The position numbers and the translations under genes are program-made. From the NCBI GenBank assembly GCA_951406725.2, contig OX597828.1:13888001-13952000 (forward strand): DNA of 64,000 bases, given 5' to 3'. The notes below the pieces were generated by a model. It did not search any database. It worked only from the letters and a program-made list of their open reading frames with translations, and had not been told where the DNA came from. Below, in pieces: positions 11,960 to 25,643 of the stretch. Origin of the DNA: Octopus vulgaris. Its lineage: Eukaryota. Every line of letters starts with the position of its first letter. Position 1 is the first letter of the stretch.

Positions 11960-13130
11960 GGTTTTGCGACGCATAAATTACACGGTTTATATTTCGATTA
12001 TATAATTTAACTCATGATATTCTACCCCCAAGTTATATTAAGTTTACATTGTTAGTTTTTCAATTTTGCTACCAAAACGATTGGAGGTAGTGAGTAGCCT
12101 TTGCTATTTTTGTTTTGAAATTTAATCATGTATTGGTTACATCGGAGTTTGAAGGGATTTGATGAGCGTCCTATATATGATAGATGTGTTAGATGTACTG
12201 TTAGGTCATATTGTTCATTGATAAATTATGTCCTTCGTAAGACACCTCAGATTCCAATGGATGAGTGTGGAGGTACATGGCCTCGTGGTTAGTGCAGCGG
12301 ACTCGCGGTCGAGGGATCGCGAGTTCGAATCTCAGACCGGACGATGTGTGTGTTTTTGAGCGAAACACCTAAGCTCCACGCGGCTCCGGCAGAAGGTAAT
12401 GGCGAAACTTCTGACTCTTTCACCACAACTTTCTCTCACTCTTTCCTCCTGCATCTTGCAGCTCACCTGCGACGGACCGTCTAGGTGGGGAACCAATACG
12501 CCAAGGAAACCAGGAAACCGGCCCTTATGAGCCAGGTATGGCTCGAGAAGGAACAAACAAAACAACAATGGATGAGTATTAGTATTTCTACAGTTGCGGC
12601 TGCTTTTAGTTCGATTGGTGATTTATTGAGTTTAAGCAAATTAGAAAAGGCAAGTATGTCAGTGATGTTGGATGGATGAAATATGAAACTTTGAAATCAT
12701 TTTGAATATTTGGTGGCATATATAGAGTGGATAGAAATGTTTCTCCTTGATTTTCACAAACGATTTGCTACTGAGATAATTATATCTCGTGATGGTCTGT
12801 TTTTCTCCTTGTTTATTGTGGGTTTAGTGGGTTTATACATGTTATTCTTTAATCAACTCTTGTTATAACGTTGAAATAAGTAGTAAAATTTGTGATGATT
12901 TTCTCATTAGTGGTGTGATTTGAGCCTGAGATGTGCTTTTGGCGATGTTGTTGATAATACTTCTTGGATGGTTGGATAGCCTGTGAATAAAATTGAAATT
13001 TTCGTCCTGTTTGTGACGTAAATATCATGAAGGTTGTGTTATAATGTTTATGATATTGTTTAAATATAGTGCAACGTCTAAGGTTATGGCAACGGCATCA
13101 TTATTGTCTATAATTATTTTGAATCTATAG
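11960..13130 (-). mobile_element. Penelope-like element remnant (RT C-terminus + GIY-YIG endonuclease)
   Basis: Minus strand reads LDVALYLN..FIHRLSNHPRSIINNI, then NCRNTNTHPL..CLTKDIIYQ..YIGRSSNPFKLR across the inserted SINE. Confidence 0.7.
12267..12565 (+). mobile_element. Full-length tRNA-derived SINE family D (tail type 1)
   Basis: A/B-box-like TGGCCTCGTGG / GTTCGAATC, (AAC)n tail, 12-bp TSD CAATGGATGAGT (12255-12266 / 12566-12577). Confidence 0.9.
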
Positions 13131-13474
13131 TTTATAAAAACAATAAGTGCGAGTCTTTCTTCATTCTTGCCATTTGTGGTGAGAAGTCAGGTCTTTCTTT
13201 TAAGAGGACCGAAAAAATCCTCTTACATCATAGGTGACGGCTATGATTTTGATAGCTGGTATATTCCTACCTAGTCACTGATCCCAGTAGAGACGTGAGC
13301 ACCCATACTTACTTAAAATGACATAAATTTTTTAAAATTCCATTGACTCGCAACGCATTATCGCTTGTGCCAGCATCATAATTTCTATTTTCTTCTTATG
13401 CAAATGATAAATCTACCAAAACTCAAGATTTGTATGAATAAAGTTCGAGTGATTTGATTGGTAATGGTTCGCGC

Positions 13475-14095
13475 GTCTACTTCAAATACTTCGGGTCAAC
13501 ATTAACGGCAACCTAGCAGGGAAATGACGAGATTAACCTACACGTCAATAGCGCTCGTCTTGCGTTCTGTCACCTTTACTCACGACCGGAGATCAGAATT
13601 CTCACGAAAGTACATATTTTCCAAGTGCTCATACGGACCATCTTTCTCTGTGGGTGCGAATCCTAGCGAATGAGCGCTTAAGATCTCCGAAAACTCGAAG
13701 TCTTCGACCTCTACAGTCTGCACGTTCGACCACTGGTCATCACTTTGAACCCCGAAATACGACAGTGCCGTTGCATATACTCTCCATCAGCCTCCAGGAG
13801 AATTCATTCGTAAGGCGGCCAACCCGGCTCCCCTCCTAGGCTGGTGCAAACGAGCTGGAGGAAAACCGAAAACGTGACTGGCAGCCTTAAAGGTGGACGT
13901 GGAAGCACAATGCTCCCCCATCCCCACTGCCTCTATGGTCTTTGGCAGAGGAAACGGGAGTGGATATACATTACAACTTTGACTGCAGACGACCGAAGGA
14001 GTGGTCAGCCTTCGTGAGGGACATGGTGAATTCGTTGGTCGGAGCCGGCTCAACCCACCCAGGGAAATATTGCCGCAAGTAGAAATACAGCTACA
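13475..14095 (+). mobile_element. Degenerate RTE-clade LINE 3' fragment
   Basis: FKYFGSTL..DEIN..ARLAF..TKVHIFQVLIRTIFLCGCES..GWCKRAGGKPK motifs of the RTE ORF C-terminus. Confidence 0.65.
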
Positions 14096-14382
14096 AATAA
14101 GTAATGGTTCCTTGCGTCAAATTGTAAAACTTCAATTGCCTTTTGTTGAGTATGGATTCTATCAGTGTATTGTTTGTGAAAATTAATCTAATTTAATCGT
14201 TGTTTTTGCAGGATTTATTGATATTTATAAGCAGACAAAATTTCATTATTAACCATCCGAGGAGAACTTATTACAATAGCAAAATTCCAACCTACAATCT
14301 AATTTAATTTCAAAATAAAACTCACTGTTATTGAACGCATCAAAAAAATTATTTATGTAGCTCCATTCCACTGTTACTTCGA

Positions 14383-14406
14383 AATAATAATAATAATAAT
14401 AACAAC

Positions 14407-14489
<83 letters not shown>

Positions 14490-14504
14490 TAAAAATAATA
14501 ATAA

Positions 14505-14535
<31 letters not shown>

Positions 14536-14541
14536 AACAAC

Positions 14542-14606
<65 letters not shown>

Positions 14607-14637
14607 TAAAAATAATAATAATAATAATAATAACAAC

Positions 14638-14680
<43 letters not shown>
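14383..14680. repeat. (TAA)n microsatellite
   Basis: Read directly from the sequence. Confidence 0.97.
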
Positions 14681-14681
<1 letters not shown>

Positions 14682-15172
14682 GTGTTATCATGTACATGTT
14701 TTGTCTTGGTATAAAAGATGGGCTACAGCAAATATCCTGCTCAATACCACAGATTTGTTTGTCAGTTGTTTGACCTTAACCAGTTGACCATGTCCTTTAG
14801 TGGCTGACGATATGTGCATCTCTGATCACAAGCAGAAGTAGTGGGGGAGCATCATAGCCGTGTGTTGAAAGAAATCCTTTGAGGTTTTCACCTTTGGAAA
14901 CATGGGTGGTTCTTTCAACATCCTTAAACAACCCTTATTCAGGGACCGTTTGAGCGGGATGGGCTACTCAACCTGAAGAAAATTCTAACTGGGCCCCACC
15001 TGCAAGGTCATGTGCTGTTTATCTTGATATGAGATCACCATGTCGCGCACATATGGTTGTGATGCATGTGCCTGGTGTACCCTTATCAGACGTATAGTCA
15101 TGATGGCTATACTGGGCTTCGTATATTTTACCTCAATGTCACTTTGATGGCATGCACTTCTCTCTCACTCAA
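14681..15172. mobile_element. Unclassified ~490-bp element embedded in (TAA)n
   Basis: Complex non-coding sequence with TAA arrays on both sides; no ORF, TIR or tRNA head recognised. Confidence 0.5.
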
Positions 15173-15174
15173 TG

Positions 15175-15470
<296 letters not shown>

Positions 15471-15480
15471 ATAATAATAA

Positions 15481-16212
15481 ATCAAGACGTGGCAGAGTTG
15501 GCCAATATCTACACTGGTTAATATGTCGGCATTATAAAATCAAAATCTGAGGCTGTAAAGTGGGGAAGAAAATGTAACGATTCTTTGGGACTTTCCAGTA
15601 TGTACAAAGCTCATAAACCAGCCATTGTTGTGAAAAACCATCAAAGCTAAATAACCAGACATTGTAGTGAAAGACCAAAACAACAAAGTCTGTTTATTGA
15701 TTGACATGAGCATACCTTGTGATCATAATATCCTGATTGAAATAGAAAACAATGCGGCATCTCAAGACGGTTACAATACCAGTGATTGTAGGAGCACTCG
15801 GTATGATCTAAAAACTGAAAATTATTTGAGAATGAACCTTGGTTTACCATCCATGCAAGAAATGCAAAAGATTATTTTAAATGGTACGTCACACGTACTG
15901 AGAAGAGCGTTGTCGCTGTAAATTATTTCCTTTCCTTTTTCTTTGGTTTCTTTGGTTTCATTTTTATTTATTTTCTTTGGCTTAATTTTTTTGATTTCGT
16001 TTTTTCCTATTTTTTCTATTTTGTCTTCTTTCCTTTTTCTTTGTTTCTTCCTTTCTTTCTATCACATTATTTGACTTTGTAAGTGGACAATCTGGTGTGT
16101 TTATCTTAATGGCCTACAAATGTATACAGTGAGTTTTTTTGCCCTAGGTGTCGGGAAGACACTCGGCAAGAAATGGAAACAAAATTGAAAGAAGAAAAGA
16201 AGAAAAAAAAAT
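15481..16212 (+). mobile_element. R4/Dong-like RLE LINE 3' fragment
   Basis: KPDIVVKDQNNKVCLLIDMSIPCDHNI..QKIILNGTSHVLRRALSL*, plus a 3'UTR matching the 16487 copy; TAA on both sides. Confidence 0.85.
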
Positions 16213-16215
16213 AAT

Positions 16216-16410
16216 AGTTTCAAATTTTGGCACAGGGCCAGGAATTTTTTTAGGGAAGCAGGAGATCGATTACATCGACTCCAATACTTGACTGGTACTT
16301 ATTTTATCAATTTCAAAGAATGAAATGCAAAGTCGACCTCATTGGAATGTGATCTCAGAACGTAAAGACAGATGAAATGTCGCTAAGTATTTTATCCAGT
16401 CTGCTAACTA
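16216..16410 (-). mobile_element. SINE-B' copy
   Basis: Reverse complement of B'; tail GTTTCAAATTTTGGCAC. Confidence 0.75.
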
Positions 16411-16419
16411 TTGTTATTA

Positions 16420-16486
<67 letters not shown>

Positions 16487-17395
16487 GTTTTTTCTTCTTT
16501 CTTCAAATTTTCTTCCGTTTCTCGCCGAGTATTTTCCATACACCTAGGGCAGAGAAGCTCATTGTATGCATTCCCAGATTACACGCGCAAATTCACAAAC
16601 AAAATATGTATTTAAAAATTGATAAATAAATAAATTCACGGATGGATGTTGTTTTCACAGCGATAATGCTCTTCTCAGTACATGAGCCGTTCCAGTTAAT
16701 ACGATTTTTTGCACTTCCTGTAGGGATGGTAAGCCTGGAATCATTTTCAAATAGGTTTCAGTACATTTTTTATCATTCCTAGAGATCCTACAATCACTGG
16801 TACTGTAGACGCCTTGAGATGCCACATTTTTTTCAATTTCTATTAGCAAGTCTTTATATTTACTAATCTTGTCAAATTCTTTCGCCGCTATATTGTGATC
16901 GCAAGGAATACTCATGTCAATTAATAAACACATCTTTTTTTACTGATCTTTTATAATAATATCCAGTTTATTAGCTTTTATAGGTTTGTCGGTCTGTACG
17001 GAGAAGTCCCAGAGAATCGACACATTTTCTCCCTCAGTCACAGCTTCAGGATGGTGTTTATACCATTTGTCAGCGGTTTTGATTTTATAATGCCGACATA
17101 TTGTCCAATGTAAATACTGGCCGACTCTGTCATGTCTTGCTTTATATTCTACAGGTGCTAAGACTCTACACCCTGAGATTAGGTGGTCTATTGTTTCAAT
17201 CTCATCGTTACAGAATCGGCATTTTGGGTCAGCTCCATTTTTTATCACATTGGCTTGGTAGTTCCGGGTTAATAAGCTTTGGTCTTGAGCAGCTAATATG
17301 AAACCTTCACTCTCTGCTTTTAGCCCTGAGCTTCGTAACCATTGGTGCGTATGTTTTTGTGTGTTTTTTTTTTGGTGCGTGTGTTTCTGGTCGAT
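16487..17395 (-). mobile_element. R4/Dong-like RLE LINE, 5'-truncated, inserted in (TAA)n
   Basis: WLRSSGLKAESEGFILAAQDQ..CRFC..HLISGC (CCHC)..RHDRV..LWDF..DMSIP..KISKYKDL..HVLRRALSL; (TTA)n at 16411-16486 and 17396-17535. Confidence 0.92.
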
Positions 17396-17396
17396 A

Positions 17397-17522
<126 letters not shown>

Positions 17523-17879
17523 GTTATTATTGTTATAAACCTTCTTCACAAAATGAGTATATTTGAGCTTTTACTGCTGTAGTTTTCTTTCTGAAGTAGT
17601 AAGTGGGCATCAAGATGAAGAGGCTCAATCACTGGCTATAGATCTACTACTCGGATACGAGTTAACGCCGTCACCACCGCTGCAAATGATGACGACGAGG
17701 TAGCCATTACAGACCTACACACTGGAGTAGACATAAGAGTAGACAAATTCATCAAGCTAAAGTGAAATGACTTAAAAAGTATTAGACTATATACAAATAT
17801 ATTTTATTTTATTCATTACTATTTTATTATTATAGCAAATAGCAGAATCAGTAAAGCAGTAGAAACTAGGCTTTGTAGT

Positions 17880-19461
17880 ATTTCATTTTTTTTATTTTGA
17901 TTAAAATAATATAACAGTGTATAGAGATAATCTTTCTATAGTTAACTATACTACAGGACATTTTATACCTCGGCGACGACGACGACGACCTCACATTCTG
18001 TATATGAGTGTGTATGTGTCTGTGAGTGTATGTGTGTGAGGGTATAGGTGCGTATATGTCTGTGAGTGTGTGTGTGCTTCCGCGTTAGATACGTTATTAA
18101 ACATACACACACACACATCTAGACATATACATATGTGACGACTGACATGCGTTCATTGTCTGTTCCCTACGCATTTTCAAACGGCTCGACGACGACGACA
18201 ACGTCACATTTTGTATATGAGTGCGCATGTGTCTGTGAATGTATGTGTGTAAGTGTATGAGTGTGTATGAATCTGCGAGTGTGTGTGTGTTTCCGCGTTA
18301 GGTATGTTATAAAACACACACACATCTGCACATACATATACATATGTGACGACTGACATGCGTGAAAGTATGTCTCTGTGTGTCTCTAAAACTCATTGTC
18401 TGTCTGTCTGTCTGTTTGTTGCCTATGCATTCTCAAACGGCTCGACCAAATCAAATTTTGCAAGGTAATAGTATTACATCGCCCCCGAGTATCAACATGT
18501 AATTTTTTTATTTCAATTAAAACGATATAACATTTTATAGGGATAATCGTTCCATAGTCAACTATAGTAGAGAATATTTTATACTACGACAACGACGACG
18601 ACGTCACATTTTGTGTATGAGTGTGTATGTGTCTGTGAGTGTATGAGTGTTGATTTATGAGTTTTGTATGTGTCTTTGAGCGCGTGGGTATTTCTGCGTT
18701 ACGTACGTTATTAAACATACATACACATCTACACATGCGTGAATGTATGTCTGTGTTTCACTTACTATATGTATGTGACTGTATGTGAGAGTGTATGTAT
18801 AATAATTTTTATTTTCATTTGGATTAAAACACATCCACGCATACTTATAGATATGTGACGACTGAAAAAAAAACACTGAGGTGAAAAGTTATGTCTGTCT
18901 GTGTGTGTGTGTCTGTCTTATTATATGTATATGAGTATCGTCACATTTTCTATATGAATGTGTATCTGAGTCTGTGAGTGCGTATGTGGATCAGCTTGTG
19001 TTTCTTTTTATACAACCACACCAGCAAACCAATGTCAACCCATCGCATCTGCAACATTTCAACAGTTCACTTCCCTGTTGACGTCTCCCATTGTAGCCCA
19101 TTTGTGGAATGTACCCATTTACGTACAATATCGCCAGTACACCTACATTCATTCGACTGTCAACCATCCGATGGGTCGTGCTAGACGCTGTGCCGACCGC
19201 TGCAAAGGAGAGGATATCCACTGTCAGCTTTTCAGTGCGTTCAAAAATCACTTACTCCCCACCAACCCTAAGACATGTTAGGGCTTGGATTCCTCCAAAC
19301 GGACGCATGACATGTTGCTTAAGTGAATTAGAGCATCATTTACTCCACAAATGTTTTGTCATCAATGCTTCACTTTCTCGTATCACCTGTTTCAACAAAA
19401 CTGTAATAGATATACAAACTATCTCGTTTTAATCCCGCGCAACGCCGGGTATCTTTGCTAG
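17880..19461 (+). mobile_element. Non-autonomous Helitron-like element with internal tandem repeats (5' end uncertain)
   Basis: 3' hairpin CCCGCGCAACGCCGGG (19434-19449) followed by CTAG|T; internal (CTGT)n..AAACGGCTCGACC motif; GACGACGTCACATTTTG units at ~17975, 18190, 18590 and 18940. Confidence 0.7.
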
Positions 19462-19560
19462 TGCATATGTGTGTTTGTATATATATATATATATATATAT
19501 CGTCTGTAAAAAACATAAATCTGAAAGAAGAAGCACACTCTAAGATATAGAGCAGTATAA

Positions 19561-19747
19561 ATTAAAAATGGGGAAGGCCGGTTTATGGGATTACCTTAGG
19601 TTTCCCGTCCGTGAAGGGTTTAGCTTTATGGCGTATCATTAGATCCCATGGGCCAACATGATTTGGGATCTGACGATACGCCATAAAGCTAAACCCTTTA
19701 TAGACGGGAAACAAGGTAATCCCATAAACCGGCTATCCCTATTTTTA

Positions 19748-19749
<2 letters not shown>
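19561..19749. mobile_element. Fold-back MITE (~190-bp near-perfect palindrome)
   Basis: ATTAAAAATGGGGAAGGCCGGTTTATGGGATTACC..AGATCCCA loop TGGGATCT..GGTAATCCCATAAACCGGC..ATTTTTAAT. Confidence 0.8.
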
Positions 19750-19830
<81 letters not shown>

Positions 19831-20205
19831 TAAGAATTGATCTATTATATGTCATGAAGTTAAAATACCAAGAATGTTTCTGCTAAGGTAAAGTTTTCTT
19901 CTTTTTTGTACGTTCAGTTTTTATCCATGAGTGACGTCAATTTGATTTCTTGATGGGAAATATAAACAGAACTGTGATTTTCGTGTTCTTGCTTTATATT
20001 TTCTTCTTTTTTTTTAAAAAATTTTTCTCTTTTTCAAAGTCAATGAAGAAATGATCCGAGAGAATAAACAATCAACAAGAAGTTCAGCCATTTTGATTTT
20101 TCTAGTTTTTTTTTTTATTACCAACTCAGAAGAGGAAAGTCAACATCCATTACCCAGTTCAAGCACTAGTGTGCCGCCCCCGGACCCCACAAAACACACA
20201 CATTG

Positions 20206-20319
20206 CCTACTGCTACTACTACTACTACTACTGCTGCTGCCGCCACCACTACTACTGCTGCTGCTACTACTACTACTACTCCAGCTGCTGCTGCTACCAC
20301 CACTACTACTATTACTCCA

Positions 20320-20352
<33 letters not shown>

Positions 20353-20427
20353 ACTACTACTACTACTACTACTACTACTCCAGCTGCTGCTGCTACCACT
20401 ACTACTATTACTCCAGCTGCTGCTACA

Positions 20428-20485
<58 letters not shown>

Positions 20486-20853
20486 GTACTACCCGAGAGT
20501 GCGGCCCCTTTAAAAGTGCCGTCCGAGGTGGACTGCCCTTGACTACGCTAGTGAATTTAAGGGTTCCGATATTGGTTAGAAGAAAAGAAGTTTGGTACCG
20601 TCAAAACAGAGATCCGTGTGAATTACTTGCAGCAAAGTGGACTCCACTAAGGATATTTAAGAGTCACGCTGTGGTGTTAGTTGGGTGACGGATTAGCTTA
20701 AGTCTACGAGGACAGAATTTTTACCCACCCCACCCCACTCTCTACTCACATCTACGCCATTCCTAACAACTTTCTGTCAACAAAATTTAACTCACAAAGC
20801 ATTGGTCGATCTGAAGTTGTTGCTCTACTGTTGCTATGCTGCTACTACTACTG

Positions 20854-20943
<90 letters not shown>

Positions 20944-20993
20944 TGCTGCTGCTACTTCTACTGTTACTACTACTACTACTGCAGCTGCTGCCA

Positions 20994-21025
<32 letters not shown>

Positions 21026-21068
21026 ACCACTTCTAATACTACTACTACTACTACTCTAGCTGCTGTTG

Positions 21069-21116
<48 letters not shown>

Positions 21117-21263
21117 GTACTACTACTACTAGTACTACTACTACTAGTACTACTACTACTAGTACTACTACTACTAGTACTATGCTGCTGTTATTACTAC
21201 TACTGCTTCAGCTGCTGCTACTACTACTACTACTACTGCTACTGCAGCTGCTGCTGCTGCTGT

Positions 21264-21327
<64 letters not shown>

Positions 21328-21343
21328 ATTACTACTACTACTA
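20206..21343. repeat. (CTA)n/(CTG)n trinucleotide tracts
   Basis: Tracts at 20206-20488 and 20825-21343. Confidence 0.9.
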
Positions 21344-21598
21344 CATCACGTAAGGAATTGCACGGTGGCAGACGTAGACCTAACCTCACCACCGTTATCT
21401 TTATCATCCATTTTTCAGTCCAGAAGAGAAGCAGCTTGGAAGATATAGAAGTCGGTTTACCATTTGTAAGGTCTTGAGTTCAAATCCCCAACAGGCAGGC
21501 GTCGTAGTATGTATCGTGGAACTGCAATTGCTTACAGTAAATTCTACATTTCACGGAAGTGTCGGCAATAAGAACCAGATTCTCTAGGAATAATATCG

Positions 21599-21691
<93 letters not shown>

Positions 21692-21808
21692 GTGTGTGCG
21701 TGCGTGTAATTCATGTTTGTGAGTGTATCTGTGTATGAATGTGTGTTTATTTGTGTGAATGTGTTGTGCGTATGGGTATGTGTATGTGGTGTGTACTGTT
21801 GTCTATTA

Positions 21809-21840
<32 letters not shown>

Positions 21841-22065
21841 CATTTTCTGTATGTGCGTTACTATACATGTTTATGTGTGCTATTGCAGTGTTTGTATGTG
21901 TGCGTGTTTGTATGGGGTGGGTGGAGTGTATTTCTCTCTGTGTTAGTGTGTGTGTATGTGTGTGTGTGAGTGTGTGTATGACTGTGCGTATATGTTTGTG
22001 TATGGTTATGCATTTATGTGTAACTACGTGTGACATTCTGACTGCGTAGGAGTGTGAGGTTGTGA

Positions 22066-22303
22066 ACATGTGACTGTGTGCATACGTGAGTATCTGTATG
22101 TGTGTGCGTGTGTATGTGTGTGTGTGTGTGTATGTGTGTGTGTATGTATGTATGCAAGTGTGGGCCCTGTTTTGTGTTTGTGTAAAAGTACGTATGATTA
22201 CGTATTTTACTGTGTCTACATGTATAGCTATGTGTGTGTACGTGTCTGCTGTTGTATTTATGTTTATGTGTGTGTGTAAGTCTATGGAATCAGTTTCACC
22301 CAT

Positions 22304-22358
<55 letters not shown>

Positions 22359-23417
22359 GAGAAAATATTCATTTTGCTACTCAACGATGGAAATTCTACA
22401 CAGTTGTCCAACCTGCAAAAAATAGCAACCGAATTTACCTTTATAAAGAAAGGGAGAAGGTCACTTTGAATAATGCAGTTTTAGATACATACTTACATCT
22501 GAAAATTAAAAGACGGTTGGTCACTTCTGGGATGGCTTTGATAATCGGTCCGCTCGAAAACAATAGCCTTTCACAAGGTTTTTAAACGAAACAAACCATA
22601 ATCCTGCTTCATGTGTTGAAAGGATTATCTTCCTTGTCATAACTGCGACCGCTAGAGGACCGTATATGTTTAACACATATATGATTCAAAATTTTCGAAG
22701 TATTAACCTCGTCTTCAGAGACGAGAGATGTTTTTAATATATATATATCTGGGCTGTTTCAATCGATTTGACCTCCAATCGTCATCTGATGTCGTATGCT
22801 TAATTCCATAAATTTTTGTTTCATTCTAGGGTGATTTTATTATGATACTATGTCAGATATATGAACTTGCCACTTTCTTTGGAAAACATTGAAGCAAAAC
22901 CGAAAAATAAAAAAACAACAAATCTATATTGAATGTTTGCACGCTCGGAATCGAGAGTACGATTGGGAGCATATTTCTCATGTACACACAACAATGTGAG
23001 CGTCATATGGTCGGCTTCAAATGTCCTCTTACCATCGCCTAAATCTTTCTACAACATGTTGTCAGTTATAAATAAAAACTTATGATCTGCTTTTGTGTTT
23101 GCATGTTCTGATATGATAGCTTCTACAGTTATTGCTGTCTTCAAAATATATTCTTCAGATTTGGAGCCCTAACTTCAACCCACCGAGACATGTGACTGTG
23201 TGCATACGTGAGTATCTGTATGTGTGTGCGTGTGTATGTGTGTGTATGTGTGTGTGTATGTATGTATGCAAGTGTGGGCCCTGTTTTGTGTTTGTGTAAA
23301 AGTACGTATGATTACGTATTTTACTGTGTCTACATGTATAGCTATGTGTGTGTACGTGTCTGCTGTTGTATTTATGTTTATGTGTGTGTGTAAGTCTATG
23401 GAATCAGTTTCACCCAT

Positions 23418-23469
<52 letters not shown>

Positions 23470-24314
23470 GCACTCATTCACACAGAGAAAATATTCATTT
23501 TGCAACTCAACGATGGAAATTCTACACAGTTGTCCAACCTGCAAAAAATAGCAACCAAATTTACCTTTATAAAGAGAGGGAGAAGGTCACTTTGAATAAT
23601 GTAGTTTTAGATACATACTTACATCTGAAAATTAAAAGACGGTTGGTCACTTCTGGGATGGCTTTGATGATCGGTCCGCTCGATGACAATAACCTTTCAC
23701 AAGGTTTTTAAACGAAACAAACCATAATCCTGCTTCATGTGTTGAAAGGATTATCTTTCTTGTCATAACTGCGACCGCTAGAGGACCGTATATGTTTAAC
23801 ACATATATGATTCAACATTTTCGAAGTATTAACCTCGTCTTCAGAGACGAGAGATGTTTTTAATATATATATATCTGGGCTGTTTCAATCGATTTGACCT
23901 CCAATCGTCATCTGATGTCGTATGCTTAATTCCATAAATTTGTCATGTTTCATTCTAGGGTGATTTTATTATGATACTATGTCAGATATATGAACTCGCC
24001 ACTTTCTTTGGAAAACTTTGAAGCAAAACCGAAAAATAAAAAAGCAACAAATCTATATTGAATGTATTGCACGCTCGGAATCGAGAGTACGGTTGGTAGC
24101 ATATTTCTCATGTACACACAACAATGTGAGCGTCATATGGTCGGCTTCAAATGTCCTCTTACCATCGCCTAAATCTTTCTACATGTCAGTTATAAATAAA
24201 AACTCATGATCTGCTTTTGTGTTTGCATGTTCTGATATGATAGCTTCTACAGTTATTGCTGTCTTCAAAATATATTCTTCAGATTTGGAGCCCTAACTTC
24301 AACCCACCGAGACA
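22066..24314 (+). repeat. Tandem duplication, 2 x ~1.12 kb
   Basis: 22066-23190 and 23188-24314 are near-identical; ACA microhomology at the junction. Confidence 0.93.
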
Positions 24315-25256
24315 GAAGACCCTAATTCATGAATCGAGATGTTTCTACATTTTTGGCGAACAATATTACCTGCCAAGTGCACAGTGAACGGCGAGAGTCA
24401 ATACGATGGCTTCCATATTCATTTTTAATACATTTCGGCAAATTCGAACGTGAATATGTTAGAACAACTCCTTTGAGACGAATATGTAATTTAATTCATT
24501 AGCATAAAGAAACTTTACGACACTCTGCATTTCAACGTCGTTGTGTCTTGTCAGCCAAAGTCACCCTGGGCTCAATCGATTAATCTTCGATGGGGTTTAA
24601 CCACCGATACCAGTCAGTCGAGAGTCACGGTACGAGTTGCGGTATTCATCATTTCGATCGCTAAATACAAAACATGGCTCGCGAGACCTCCGCTCGGGTG
24701 ATTTTCCTGAATCCTAAATCCTGTACACCAATCAGCTACAAGGTTCATTTACAGCTGAATGGACTGGAGTAACGGGAAATGAAGTTTTGTTCACAGCCAT
24801 TTCTGAAAATCGAAACCACGCTCGCGCAATCGTGAATGCGACACCCGAATCACTTGGCCACGTGCCTTCATCTTAGACTAATGAACCTAACAAGTTTCTG
24901 TGGCTTTTGTTTAAACTTCATCGAATAAATTGCTTGCTGATGCGTGCTGTTATCTGCCAACCGATGATAGATTGTCATGTACGCGGTAAAGAGTGATAAT
25001 CGGAACGCTGACCTACATATTCATTGTTAACACTTTCCAGCAAAATCAAAATAATATTGATCAAACTAAAGCAAATCCATATCTCTGTACTAGAAACAGT
25101 CAAATGGAATGTCTACATGAAGTACTATGGAGAACAATAACATTTGTCATTCATTCAAGAAAGCTTCCAGAAAAACAACGGAGTGATGTTTGGGGGAATC
25201 ACTCCATACTATAAGAGCCCTTCTAGGTAATACTATTCACCTGTCACTTATACGAA

Positions 25257-25643
25257 AGGCGGTGAGCTGGCAGAATCGTTAGCACGCCGAACGAAATGCG
25301 TAGCGGTATTCTGCCTGCCGTTACGTTCTGAGTTCAAATTCCGCCGAGGTCGACTCAGCCTTTCATCCTTTCGGGGTCAATTAAATAAGTACCAGTTACG
25401 CACTGGGGTCGATATAATCGACTTAATCTGTTTGTCTGTCCTTGTTTGTCCCTTGTGGGTAGTAAAGAAATAGGTATTCTGTCTGCCGTTACGTTCTGAG
25501 TTCAAATTCCGCCGAGGTCGACTTAGCCTTTCATCCTTTCGGGGTCGATTAAATAAGTACCAGTTATGCAGCGGAGTCGATATAATCCCTTTGCCTGTCC
25601 TTGTTTGTTCCCTCTATGTTTACCCCTCTGTGGGCAATAAATA
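25257..25643 (+). mobile_element. SINE-B dimer
   Basis: Junction AAAGAAATA|GGTATT; TSD TATACGAAAG (25249-25258 / 25644-25653). Confidence 0.88.

Noticed and set aside
17590-17770. Possible short coding exon
   Set aside because: Stops in the frames examined and no convincing splice pair
20051-20688. Poly-Leu/Thr/Ala ORFs resembling a mucin or membrane protein
   Set aside because: (CTA)/(CTG) repeat open in several frames; no splice or domain support
22690-22725. Minus-strand CTGAAGA..GAAA hammerhead-like motif (also at ~23820-23850)
   Set aside because: No stem I partner after a cleavage triplet, and the core is sequestered in an alternative hairpin
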